Positions 10,068-19,001 of a DNA stretch of 64,000 nucleotides are shown one piece after another (the first letter of the stretch is position 1; each line of letters starts with the position of its first letter). A program made the translations under genes and the position numbers. The notes beneath the pieces were generated by a model. It saw nothing but the letters and a program-made list of their open reading frames with translations, ran no database searches and was not told the origin of the DNA. The DNA lies in the IMG/VR virus record IMGVR_UViG_3300003690_000090, positions 8,989-72,988 of that record. The stretch is one strand, 5' to 3'. The DNA comes from a virus.

Positions 10068-11021
10068 TTAGGCGAACGGGTCGACGTTGTCGGGTTCCTC
10101 CAGAACCTCTTCTTCCGGTTCTGGATGAAACAGTTCTACCGGTTCTACCTGTTCTGCCGGTGCAGCCTCGACAACCTTCTTGGCCCTGCTCTTCCGCTTT
10201 TTCGTCGGTTCCGGGGGGGCATCCGCATCAATGGTCTCGGTGGCGTTGAACAGTGCCTTCTCGCCGGCATCCTTCTCGAGATCCTTGCGAACGACTTCTG
10301 GCACAAACATGTCCTTGTCCTGGCCGGCGATGTCGGTCACGATATCGTGCTCGAGGGCCGCTTTGGCGTCAGCTGTGAGCGGCAGGTACTTGCAGATCCG
10401 GCGGATGACCGTCTTGCGCCACATCTCCTCGGTGTGTGTGACCCAGGGCCCAGAGTTTCCACTCCGAGCTGACTTGCGGATTGTTTCGATCTGGTCTCGG
10501 CGCATGACTTCGACCTGTTTCTGTCCATCCTTGAAGAAGCAGACAGCGTAGGCAAGGATTAGTTGGCCAGGATCCCCGTTGTACTTGGGCTCATGATGAA
10601 GCACTTCGCCTTGTTCCAGATCAAACGAGTGCGTGAACACCTCGTTCTCATGAACGACGCGAGCCACGAAGTTCGCAACGTCGCCGGAGCGGCGCACCAG
10701 TTCCATCAGGCCGGTGTAGTCAATCCACAGCTCGGCCTCCATGCAGCTCCGTTTCTTGTTGTACAGGGGAACCAGGTGGGCTCGGTGGAGAACGCCTCCC
10801 GCAACAAGGTTGAGCTCACAGGCCTTGGCCAGTGAGGTGTAGATCGACTCTGGGCTGCAGTCCAAGAGCCGTTCGTTCTTGTAGGCCTCGAAGCAGGCCA
10901 GGCTGACGATGCGTTCAATGTCGGTGCCCTTGGGCGCGATTCGCTGAAGGGTCGGAGACTTTCTCTCCAGGTAGTCCTTGATGTTTCCTAGCTTTCTTTG
11001 AGGTGTAAGTGCTGTCGTCAT
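10068..11021 (-). CDS. recT: RecT-family single-strand annealing recombinase
   Basis: LLDCSPESI, AHLVP, IDYTGL.EL.RRSG, AYAV, SGPW..H.EEM.RKT.IRR.CKYLP are RecT motifs. Confidence 0.92.
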   Translation of the reverse strand: MTTALTPQRKLGNIKDYLERKSPTLQRIAPKGTDIERIVSLACFEAYKNERLLDCSPESIYTSLAKACELNLVAGGVLHRAHLVPLYNKKRSCMEAELWIDYTGLMELVRRSGDVANFVARVVHENEVFTHSFDLEQGEVLHHEPKYNGDPGQLILAYAVCFFKDGQKQVEVMRRDQIETIRKSARSGNSGPWVTHTEEMWRKTVIRRICKYLPLTADAKAALEHDIVTDIAGQDKDMFVPEVVRKDLEKDAGEKALFNATETIDADAPPEPTKKRKSRAKKVVEAAPAEQVEPVELFHPEPEEEVLEEPDNVDPFA

Positions 11022-11983
11022 GGTTTGGCTCCAAGCACGCGAAAGACCCGGGCGCCGTCGCGATCTGAAAGGTAGGACTCATAAAGATCCGGGTGGTCCT
11101 GTTGAAACTTCTTCTGGTCGAATCGCTTGGAACTCTTGTTTTGTTTCCAAGAAGCGATTCCATCAATGCCTTCACTGTCGCCGATTGCAGCCCTGAGCTT
11201 GTTTTCAATCTCATTCTTTTCATCGGTGCTCGCTTTGACTTTCCGACGAACCTCGAGCAATCGTTCATGGAGCTCGATTTCCTCTCCCGTGGCTGCACGC
11301 AAAACGTGTTCCTTGACTCGGGGATGCATCATTGAAAGCGCACTCTTGGCGAAATCGCTTCCATCTGGCGATGGCGGTGCATTGCCATCAATGTGTTTTT
11401 CCCACCAGGCGATGGCGGTGTCCAGAATCTGACCGCCCAGCTCCTTGTCTCTGTCGATCCTGTACTCGCGGTAGTCATCCATTCCAATGAGTACAGCCAC
11501 ATCCCAGAAGGGCATATCGGTGACTTCCATGTAGACGCGGCACTGTATTTCCACATCCAACGGAACTAGGCCTGTTCCGCTATCTCCCCACCCCTCACGC
11601 CTGCGACGTGTCTTGATTTCCAGACCCCAAGTCGAGTCGTCGTCCCCAACGATAATTCGATCCGGTGTTCCGAAGATCTTCGCCATGCCGGAGTGCCAAA
11701 CCAGGCCGCACTCTTTGACCTTGATGCCTGTATGGTTTTCCGCGTAGATCTCGGACACGTACTTTTCCATGACCCGGCCGCGCTTCATGGCGGGATTGTC
11801 CGACTGTGCCTCGATCTCATGCCGCATCTTGTTTGACCAGAGCGCAAACAAGCTCTTGCCAAATGAGCCAACCTTCATCTCTTTGTCGGCTGAAGCGCAG
11901 ATGATGGAGGCGATGTCTGTGCCGCCTAGTCCCCCTTTTCGTTCTCGGAGCCAGGCTTCGCGTTCGTTGGTTGTCTGTTCCAT
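11018..11983 (-). CDS. YqaJ-like viral recombinase exonuclease (lambda-exonuclease family)
   Basis: WL.ER..GLGGTD, RG..ME, TPD, LEIKT, Q...YM motifs; paired with recT. Confidence 0.9.
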   Translation of the reverse strand: MEQTTNEREAWLRERKGGLGGTDIASIICASADKEMKVGSFGKSLFALWSNKMRHEIEAQSDNPAMKRGRVMEKYVSEIYAENHTGIKVKECGLVWHSGMAKIFGTPDRIIVGDDDSTWGLEIKTRRRREGWGDSGTGLVPLDVEIQCRVYMEVTDMPFWDVAVLIGMDDYREYRIDRDKELGGQILDTAIAWWEKHIDGNAPPSPDGSDFAKSALSMMHPRVKEHVLRAATGEEIELHERLLEVRRKVKASTDEKNEIENKLRAAIGDSEGIDGIASWKQNKSSKRFDQKKFQQDHPDLYESYLSDRDGARVFRVLGAKP

Positions 11984-11989
11984 GAAGCA

Positions 11990-12064
11990 ATCGTAGTCAC
12001 CGCCCATTACCGTGTCAAGGAGCCACGCATGCGGGTGGACAAATTATGGTCTACTGGGTATTCT
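11990..12064. promoter_or_regulatory. Divergent sigma70-like promoter pair
   Basis: - strand TTGACA(12018-12013)-17-TACGAT; + strand TGGACA-17-TATTCT (12036-12064). Confidence 0.6.
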
Positions 12065-12084
12065 TCCCGACGGAGACGGCGCTA

Positions 12085-12327
12085 ATGGCCACGGTTGAGC
12101 AATATCGAATGGCCCTTCCTGGGCGCAGTAGTCGTGCCGCGTTTACCGAATGGTTGAACGAACAGCTCGAACCAATGGATCAGGGTCTAAGTGTTCACTA
12201 TCTAAGAGACCTAGAGCGGGGCAGAAAGATTCCATCACTATCATTGGCTGTCGCCATCTACCGCGCAACTAGCGGTGTGGTCTCACCCGCTGAGTGGCCT
12301 GGCCTCTCTTTCAAACTTCGGCTTTGA
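12085..12327 (+). CDS. XRE/Cro-like HTH regulator
   Basis: LSVHYLRDLERGRKIPSLSLAVAI...T.G.V is a Cro/XRE HTH signature. Confidence 0.75.
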   Translation: MATVEQYRMALPGRSSRAAFTEWLNEQLEPMDQGLSVHYLRDLERGRKIPSLSLAVAIYRATSGVVSPAEWPGLSFKLRL

Positions 12328-12534
12328 GTGGCGGCACCAGGTGCATACCTTGTTCAAGTCAATCAGCAACAGCACGGACCCTGGGCCACACTTGGCGCAC
12401 CGGCCTGGGATTACTTCTCCGGCCTGGCCATCGAGTGCGTATACGTCACCATGCCGAACAACCGTTTCATTGGGGATGTCTTCCCAGTTAATTACATGGC
12501 CTGGGAACGGTACGATCACGCCTGAAGTTTTCAC
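12283..12534 (-). CDS. Small Zn-finger-like protein
   Basis: CAKC...CTWC motifs; 83 aa. Confidence 0.45.
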   Translation of the reverse strand: MKTSGVIVPFPGHVINWEDIPNETVVRHGDVYALDGQAGEVIPGRCAKCGPGSVLLLIDLNKVCTWCRHSKPKFEREARPLSG

Positions 12535-12562
12535 AAATCCATACTAACAAACGGAGCCGCAG

Positions 12563-12874
12563 ATGCCTCTCATCGATCGAGTCAAACTTCTACATATCAA
12601 ACAGAACTGGAAACGGATGAACCTAAGCAAGGTTCTGCCCGAGCTTCTGGCTTACATTCGTGAGCTCGAAGACATGTTGGAGTCTGGCCAAATCACCGTC
12701 AATGTTGGCGCCATCAAGGCCACCATCGACGCCGGCCCCGACGGCAGGCTGGGCACCAAAGACGATTCCGTGAAGCTCAGTCGAGCCAAGAGGAAGCCTG
12801 CAGCCAAGAAGCGGGCACCGGCCAAGAAGCGGGCACCGGCCAAGAAGCGGGCACCGGCCAAGAAGAAGTCCTAG
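12563..12874 (+). CDS. Small protein with a histone H1-like basic tail
   Basis: GGAG RBS; GPDGRLGTKDD motif then (AKKRAP)x3 AKKKS. Confidence 0.65.
   Translation: MPLIDRVKLLHIKQNWKRMNLSKVLPELLAYIRELEDMLESGQITVNVGAIKATIDAGPDGRLGTKDDSVKLSRAKRKPAAKKRAPAKKRAPAKKRAPAKKKS
12803..12865 (+). repeat. 3.5 x 18-bp coding tandem repeat GCCAAGAAGCGGGCACCG
   Basis: Read directly from the sequence. Confidence 0.95.
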
Positions 12875-13050
12875 GACTCGATCTCTGTTCGCAGCGTAGC
12901 TGTCATCAACTGGAATTTTGAGAGCTCTTTGGTCAGCATCTCGTAGCTAGGCCCATAGGCGACCATGTCGCCATCTTCGTCCACTACAATCCAACCCTTC
13001 TCATTTCGATCGAGATTCCAGCCTTCTGGCAACGTGACTGGGGCACTCAT
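12871..13050 (-). CDS. Hypothetical protein, 59 aa
   Basis: MSAPVTLPEGWNL...; ATGA overlap with the upstream gene. Confidence 0.55.
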   Translation of the reverse strand: MSAPVTLPEGWNLDRNEKGWIVVDEDGDMVAYGPSYEMLTKELSKFQLMTATLRTEIES

Positions 13051-13580
13051 CGCAGCGTCGGACATCCCTCGTAGGGCACCAGGTTGTTCATGTAGTCCAT
13101 CACGAACGCCTCGTGCCAAGCTCTCGCTGACTCCATGAAGGAGCGCACGAAGCATTCCTCGGACAGAAGGTTCCAGAACGTCTCCTCTTCTCGTCCCAGC
13201 ATACGACGGGATTCGTTTGCGTGCTTCCACAACTGGTATGGACGCATCGACAACCATTCCTGTATCCCGGCCAACTCAACGTCATTTGGCAATTCATCAT
13301 CGCGCTCGAGGTTGAAGAGCGCATCACCAACGGCCAGGTAGACATCGCTCATGAGCTCGGGCTGTATGTCTTCCGTGTCCCAAACAGGATCCGGCAACAT
13401 CGCATTGATTCCGATCATGATGATCTTCAGCAGTGCGCCGCTTTCGACCATGGATTCGATTTCAGTGGCCGTTGAATCGTAGCGACCAAACAGCGCCCTG
13501 ACGGAGCAAGGAAAGCCCAGCTCGGATTGCAAATCAATCTTGTCGGATTTCGATAGGTATGTTTCTACTTGTTCGTTCAT
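13047..13580 (-). CDS. Hypothetical protein, 177 aa
   Basis: MNEQVETYL...; tightly packed in the operon. Confidence 0.65.
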   Translation of the reverse strand: MNEQVETYLSKSDKIDLQSELGFPCSVRALFGRYDSTATEIESMVESGALLKIIMIGINAMLPDPVWDTEDIQPELMSDVYLAVGDALFNLERDDELPNDVELAGIQEWLSMRPYQLWKHANESRRMLGREEETFWNLLSEECFVRSFMESARAWHEAFVMDYMNNLVPYEGCPTLR

Positions 13581-13584
13581 AGTC

Positions 13585-14007
13585 CTAGGACGGGTCTGCG
13601 AGGTTGTCTCTTGTTGCAGCAGAGGCGGAAATCCTGTTGACGTAGCCCATGACATTGATCACGTCGGCGCTGCCGGCATAGGCTGCGATTCGCCTGGCCG
13701 TAGTGCCATTGCCCTTGAGTGGTTGACCCGGCAGCACAAGCATCCACCCGCTCTTTGGCGGTACTGTGAAGATGCTTCTTTGGTCTACCGCAGCTGTTGC
13801 TGTGGATAGGTACCCAACATGCATCGTGACCTCCACAGGAGCTGCCGATGTGTTGGTCATCCAAAGCCACACCTCATCCTTGCGTCTCTTCGAAATCAAA
13901 GTGTCGTGAATGAATGTCCCATTGCCGCTGGTATCGGTGATCTTGATGGGCTCGCCGTCACCTTCCGTGCCCCCTGGGCTGAGATTGATTTTAATGTAGG
14001 CAGGCAT
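13585..14007 (-). CDS. Paralogue of the virion-block protein 4778-5137
   Basis: GTFIH, DEVWLWMTNT, LVLPG, AYA, GYVNRI align with 4778-5137. Confidence 0.7.
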   Translation of the reverse strand: MPAYIKINLSPGGTEGDGEPIKITDTSGNGTFIHDTLISKRRKDEVWLWMTNTSAAPVEVTMHVGYLSTATAAVDQRSIFTVPPKSGWMLVLPGQPLKGNGTTARRIAAYAGSADVINVMGYVNRISASAATRDNLADPS

Positions 14008-14015
14008 GTTGAATC

Positions 14016-15374
14016 CTAGAAGTATGACCCGTCATCTTCGACCTCTTTCGGCCTGTCTATGGCAATGATATCGCCTGGCTTTGACCAGAGATAGGTGCGG
14101 GTTCCTTTGTGCATCTTTCTCACCCTCTCGTAACCGAGAGAACGCATGATCGTTCCAACCCGCATTTCGGCTGGCTTGCTCATCTGGTATGGCTCCAGCT
14201 TTAGGGGGTCTTGCATGATCTCTTGGGTCGTGATCTGGTTCGTATACTTGGCAGCCAACCAAACGATTAGCATTTCTTCCCACGGATCTTGCTGTCGGTA
14301 TTCATCCGAGACCTGCTGCAGGTCTTCTTCCAGATCGCTCTGCAGCCACCAGGCCTCATTGTTTCGGTAGGCTACTACCGCCTCTGCCCACAACTGTTCT
14401 CGGTTGGCATTGAGCCAATCAAGATTCACAGTACCAACCTCGACGGGCCAGAAGCGCCTCGAGCCAGTCATGTCCGAAATGAAGGACTTCTCGTTGGTGG
14501 TGCCGCAGAACACACAGTGCCGCTTCTTCGTGACTGCGTGGCGCCCGTATGCTGGGCGGTAGGTGTCTTCTTGAGCTGACAGAAATGCCTTGGTAGCGGA
14601 GTTCGCACTCTTACGAATGGAGTCGAGCTCGGCCACCTCGTAGATCCAGGTGCGCTGGATCTGCGCATAGGCGTTTGGTGAACCGATATCCATCGGGGTA
14701 TCGCAGAAGTACTGCTCACCAGCCAGGGTGCGAAACGCTGTGCTCTTGCGGGCACCCTGCTTGCCGATCAGGATGAGGACGGTGTCTGCCTTGCATCCTG
14801 GTTGCATTGCGCGTGCAACGGCCTGAATCAGCCAGCGACGGCCCACATCCCGATGTAGTTCATTGTCTGCCGCCCCGACGCCCCTGATCAGCCACTCCGA
14901 AATGCGCGGCGTTCCATCCCAACTGCAGGCCTCGAGCCATTCTATCAGTGGGTTCCGCTTGCGTTCTTCGCCAATGAGAGACGCAACCTCGGTGACCAGG
15001 CCTGTATTAAGCCGTACATCGTAGACTTCCTCCAGCCAGATGGCGATGCGGGTGTCGTCTGTGTCTCGATACTCCTGGTCAGCAAGCATCAGCACGTTTC
15101 GAAAGTCGTCTTTCCAGACCTTCTTACGCCAACGCCGGTCATGAGAAATGATCAGGTAAGCGTTTCTCTTGGTGGGGCGAACGGCCTGTGTTCCATCCTT
15201 GGTGGTCATCATCTGCAGCATAGACAGGACGCTGCTGCTGGCTTGCGCTTCTTGGTTTGGACTGCCCGTAGGTATGCCGTCTTTGCCCACAGGCCCAGCA
15301 TCCACGGCTGCCTCCATGAGCTCAACAAGAGTGGGTGCGTTTGCTTCGGTCAGGGTTTCAGACAGGTCAGGCAA
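14016..15374 (-). CDS. VapE/VirE-family P-loop ATPase (replicative helicase) with C-terminal winged helix
   Basis: WDG.PR, AVARA..PGCK.D, Walker A GKQGARKST, WI.EVAEL, GTTN, D.TG.RRFWP, QLWAEA motifs. Confidence 0.92.
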   Translation of the reverse strand: MPDLSETLTEANAPTLVELMEAAVDAGPVGKDGIPTGSPNQEAQASSSVLSMLQMMTTKDGTQAVRPTKRNAYLIISHDRRWRKKVWKDDFRNVLMLADQEYRDTDDTRIAIWLEEVYDVRLNTGLVTEVASLIGEERKRNPLIEWLEACSWDGTPRISEWLIRGVGAADNELHRDVGRRWLIQAVARAMQPGCKADTVLILIGKQGARKSTAFRTLAGEQYFCDTPMDIGSPNAYAQIQRTWIYEVAELDSIRKSANSATKAFLSAQEDTYRPAYGRHAVTKKRHCVFCGTTNEKSFISDMTGSRRFWPVEVGTVNLDWLNANREQLWAEAVVAYRNNEAWWLQSDLEEDLQQVSDEYRQQDPWEEMLIVWLAAKYTNQITTQEIMQDPLKLEPYQMSKPAEMRVGTIMRSLGYERVRKMHKGTRTYLWSKPGDIIAIDRPKEVEDDGSYF

Positions 15375-16392
15375 GGGTTCGCTCCAGTGGAAGCCTATAG
15401 ACCTTGCGTGGCGCTAAGGTCTTGGCGATCGTGCTAGCGTATTCATCACCTTGTTCGTCTGGGTCACACCCGATGTAAATGGTTGCGTTGTCTGGCACGT
15501 TGAGAGAGGAGAGTGAGGAGAAGGATCCGGAGGCACCGGAGATAATAGCGAGGTTGGTATTGGCCTTTGTAACTTCCGAGCAAGCCATGAGAAGGTCTGT
15601 GATGCCTTCGCAGATCAAAAGGCCGTATAGATCCTTTGCTGGGTTGCCCTTCATCAACATCATCCCTTCGCGGTTGGCCATAAAAAGACCGCCGGCCTCG
15701 ACGCCCATAGGCCACCTGGTCTTCGGGGCATCGTCTCGGTCAAAGACTGACCTGGCGTGAATGCTGGCAAAGGTGCCATCGATTTCGAACGCCGGAACGA
15801 TGATCTTCCACTGGGAGCTCCATCGCTTGGGCCACCACTGTGGCCAGTGGTGTTGGTCTGGGTGTGGCAGCACCTTGGCCACACCCGACTTGATCAGCGA
15901 TGGTATGTCGAGCTGTCTGCGTTCGAGAAACCGCAACACCGCTGCGTCTGCTCCTGAATCCGTGAGTGTCTCTATCTTCCTGCTTGCAGCCCAGAGAGCC
16001 AGAACCTCTTCCTGCTTGGGTCGCTGTCTCTCCCTGGGTTCGCGTCGTTTGGGTTGCGCCACCGGGGTACCGTTTGTGTGCTGCGCGATCCATCCGCGCT
16101 GGAGGTACCACTCTCTCACAGTCCGCTTCTTCTCTGCGGTCAGATTTCGGAGCCTGTCGCCCTCCAGCTTCATAGCCACCAGATCGACCCCATCACCGCC
16201 CGTACCGCAGGCGTGGCACTTCCATCCACGGTCATCCATGGCCACACCAACCGGTCCGCGCCGGTCATTACTTCCCCGAGTCTCGGCTCCACAATGCGGG
16301 CATGGGCTCAAAGATCTACCGCGCCCCGGGTTCAGGCCGACAGCAGTAGCTATGGTGCCAAGTGGCACCTCTTTTGCCGACTGAATCCACAT
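15367..16392 (-). CDS. DNA primase (Zn-finger + TOPRIM)
   Basis: CPHC...WKCHACG..GD Zn-binding domain; ICEG..D and CDPD..G TOPRIM motifs. Confidence 0.85.
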   Translation of the reverse strand: MWIQSAKEVPLGTIATAVGLNPGRGRSLSPCPHCGAETRGSNDRRGPVGVAMDDRGWKCHACGTGGDGVDLVAMKLEGDRLRNLTAEKKRTVREWYLQRGWIAQHTNGTPVAQPKRREPRERQRPKQEEVLALWAASRKIETLTDSGADAAVLRFLERRQLDIPSLIKSGVAKVLPHPDQHHWPQWWPKRWSSQWKIIVPAFEIDGTFASIHARSVFDRDDAPKTRWPMGVEAGGLFMANREGMMLMKGNPAKDLYGLLICEGITDLLMACSEVTKANTNLAIISGASGSFSSLSSLNVPDNATIYIGCDPDEQGDEYASTIAKTLAPRKVYRLPLERTLA

Positions 16393-16429
16393 GGTGTCTC
16401 CGTGGAAGATTCGCCGACTGACGCTATAG

Positions 16430-16714
16430 TCAGTCAGTCAGTTCCAGGGAGAAGTCGAGTTCGCCAGCGGGGTTGACAGTAAAGCTCATTTCGATGCCAA
16501 CTTCCTTCTTGGCCCGTTTGGCGTACTTGATCATCGTGTCCAACAGTGGTGCTGGGCGGGTGCCTTGAATCATGTGCCAAAGCGCTGTGTGGCTCGTGCC
16601 AATGACCCTGGCGACAGGCCGGTACCCGCCACCCACTGCGTCGACCAGCGCTTGAAGTGCTGGGACTGTGTTGACTCGTTCTTTCGCTGCTACGTATTTG
16701 CTGCTGCCTGACAT
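16430..16714 (-). CDS. HTH DNA-binding protein
   Basis: YRPVARVIGTSHTALWHMIQG...P is an HTH-like pattern. Confidence 0.6.
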   Translation of the reverse strand: MSGSSKYVAAKERVNTVPALQALVDAVGGGYRPVARVIGTSHTALWHMIQGTRPAPLLDTMIKYAKRAKKEVGIEMSFTVNPAGELDFSLELTD

Positions 16715-16717
16715 GAT

Positions 16718-17104
16718 CTATCCTTGAAACAGGTGGTAAACGGTTTTGCTTTCGGTGCTTTGCTCGGAGCGCTCTGCCATCAGGATCACTTCTCCGGCAT
16801 CGTCGCCGTGGTAGTCGGTCACCATCTTTCGGATTGAGATCGTCTCTCCAAGATTGTAGGGTTCGTCGCTCTTGGGCAGCTCGATGACGATGTCATCGAA
16901 TGCCAGGTCAATCATCGGAACGATGTTCGTGTGAATGCCTCGGGTGCCCATGCATTCGTAAGACCCGATCCCATGGTCCTCAAAGCGGATTGGGCTTTCT
17001 GCGAGAACGCCGCAGAGCTTATCGTGAATCAGGTCACACACATCGAGTTCGTAGTTCTTGTCGTACTGAACAAGAAAGCGTCTTTGCGGATGTTTGCCGT
17101 CCAT
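16718..17104 (-). CDS. Hypothetical protein, first gene of the replication transcript
   Basis: GAGGA RBS and ATG at 17104, downstream of a consensus promoter. Confidence 0.6.
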   Translation of the reverse strand: MDGKHPQRRFLVQYDKNYELDVCDLIHDKLCGVLAESPIRFEDHGIGSYECMGTRGIHTNIVPMIDLAFDDIVIELPKSDEPYNLGETISIRKMVTDYHGDDAGEVILMAERSEQSTESKTVYHLFQG

Positions 17105-17128
17105 TTTGTTCCTCGTGTTTGTGTAGTC

Positions 17129-17157
17129 AATGTAGGTAACCCCCTGCTGTCTGTCAA
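17129..17157 (-). promoter_or_regulatory. sigma70-like promoter for the HTH-primase-VapE operon
   Basis: TTGACA-17 bp-TACATT on the - strand. Confidence 0.7.
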
Positions 17158-17166
17158 GGTAACAGC

Positions 17167-18159
17167 TCATTTCTCTGATCCGGTGTCGCACATCCCCCAC
17201 CGCACGCATCCCTGGTGGCCTGTTGGGTCCGTGAAGAGCTCTACTTGGTCCATGCTCCCGCCTCGTGTCGTGCGTGCCCACTTGATCACTTTGTCGATGG
17301 GCCAGGTGTCTCCGGCCCTCTTGCCGGTCTTGGGGTCTGTGCGAGAGATCGGGTTCTGAAACCACGTCGGTGGCTGGTATCCAAGCGACTCAAAGGTCTC
17401 CCCCTTGGCGGCGTACCGCTTCTTCGCGGCCTCCATGATGACCTTCTCCAGCTCGCCCAGAAGCTCAATGCGTTCTGGTGCGTAGTCGCTCATCGCTCGC
17501 AGCTCTGACTTGCGGGCGAAAATGCATGGGTAGCACCCCACTCGGGTACTCCCTTGTTCCAGATAGAGCCGGCAAGGACGGACCCCGTGGCGGTGGTGGA
17601 TGGCAATGACATCCTTCTCGGACCAGTCGATCAGGGGTCGCCACACATCGCACTTGAACGTCCCGCTGTACTCCCACTCCAGCATCATCGAGCGAGCGGC
17701 GGACTCCTGGGCGCGGATGCCGACCACGTTGATGACCTGGCCCTCGCGCTCCAGCAGGTAGTCCCGAGCCGGATACACCTTGAGGTGCTGGGTACACCAC
17801 CGCCTGACACGAGAGGGGAACATCCCCTTCTTGATGCACAGCCGGACCATCGAGGAGTATTCCACGCCGAGCAATCTCTCGAAGTGTTCTGCCACCGGAA
17901 CCATTTCCTCTGGAATGTCGATCTTTGCCGACAACCTAGTGACGGGCCCAACCACTGCGGGCAGGTCGTTCTCTACGTATTGGTACAAATAGTCATGTTC
18001 CCAACCCGTATCGAAGAAGATGCGGTCGTAGTCGTCGGGGCCGTACCCAAGGTCCATCAGGTGCAGACAGCAGGCCGTGGAGTCCTTGCCGCCGGAGACG
18101 GACACTACCAGGCGGCGCCCATCCAGTTTTTCATCGAGCTCTTCGCGTGTCATCTGCAT
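17167..18159 (-). CDS. PAPS-reductase-family (PP-loop) protein
   Basis: SGGKDS, F.DTGWE, RWCT..LK, GIRA.ES..R, PL.DW, R.GC.PC motifs. Confidence 0.85.
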   Translation of the reverse strand: MQMTREELDEKLDGRRLVVSVSGGKDSTACCLHLMDLGYGPDDYDRIFFDTGWEHDYLYQYVENDLPAVVGPVTRLSAKIDIPEEMVPVAEHFERLLGVEYSSMVRLCIKKGMFPSRVRRWCTQHLKVYPARDYLLEREGQVINVVGIRAQESAARSMMLEWEYSGTFKCDVWRPLIDWSEKDVIAIHHRHGVRPCRLYLEQGSTRVGCYPCIFARKSELRAMSDYAPERIELLGELEKVIMEAAKKRYAAKGETFESLGYQPPTWFQNPISRTDPKTGKRAGDTWPIDKVIKWARTTRGGSMDQVELFTDPTGHQGCVRWGMCDTGSEK

Positions 18160-19001
18160 TCCCTTACGTTTCGAAACAATGGCGCATCGCTGCGGATTCG
18201 TCTGCGAGATTCCTCTGCGTACTGCTGGTTGAGCTCAACGCCAAGAAAGTTTCTGCCCAGCCTGTTCGCTACTAATCCGGTTGTTCCGGCTCCAGCGAAT
18301 GGGTCGAGTACCAGGTCTCCGATTGCACTCCCGGCCTTGATGCAGCGCTCGGCCAGGTCGGGAACCATCACAGCTACGTGACTGCCGGCGTACCTGGCCA
18401 CCGGCAAAGACCACACGTCCCTCGGTCGACGCCCCTCGAGTTCCCCGGCGTTGTATACGCGCCCGCTGTAGGTCTCGTTACCGCTTTGCTTGTGTCCGCC
18501 AAAGCCAGCTGATATCGTCACGTCCGGATGCTTTAGTGGCTCGAGTACAGCCTGCATGTCGAAGTAGTAGTGCGGGTTCTTTGCCAGCAGGAAGACGTGC
18601 TCATGAGCTGGGGTGAATCGGTCGGTGACTCCCCCGCCTGCAGGAATGGTGTTGGTCTTGTGCCAGATGATTTCCGAGCGCAGCACCCAGCCTCGTTCTT
18701 GCAAAGCAAGGGCAACTCGCCACGGAACACCCATGAGTTGCTTGTCGACATAGCAGTCTCCAAGGTTCAGCCACAGCGTGCCGTCTTCTGCCAGCACATG
18801 CTTCACCTGGTCCATGCGTGCGCAAATGTTGAACACGTACTCTTCGAGAGTATGTTCCGACCCGAGCTCGTTCTCGGTCCCGTAGGAACGGAGATTCCAG
18901 TAGGGTGGGCTCGTGACGCAGCACCTGGCCACACCAGCCTTCTGGCGTTGAAGCTCGTCGAGACAGTCACCGTGTAGTACTACAGCCCAGGTGTCAGCCA
19001 T
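18150..19001 (-). CDS. DNA N4-cytosine/N6-adenine methyltransferase (beta class)
   Basis: TSPPY catalytic motif precedes the VLDPFAG.GTT SAM-binding motif; G.EL. Confidence 0.92.
   Translation of the reverse strand: MADTWAVVLHGDCLDELQRQKAGVARCCVTSPPYWNLRSYGTENELGSEHTLEEYVFNICARMDQVKHVLAEDGTLWLNLGDCYVDKQLMGVPWRVALALQERGWVLRSEIIWHKTNTIPAGGGVTDRFTPAHEHVFLLAKNPHYYFDMQAVLEPLKHPDVTISAGFGGHKQSGNETYSGRVYNAGELEGRRPRDVWSLPVARYAGSHVAVMVPDLAERCIKAGSAIGDLVLDPFAGAGTTGLVANRLGRNFLGVELNQQYAEESRRRIRSDAPLFRNVRECR

Noticed and set aside
17167-18159. Dnd phosphorothioation system
   Set aside because: Only a PAPS-reductase-family gene is present; no DndA/B/D/E or Ssp partners recognised
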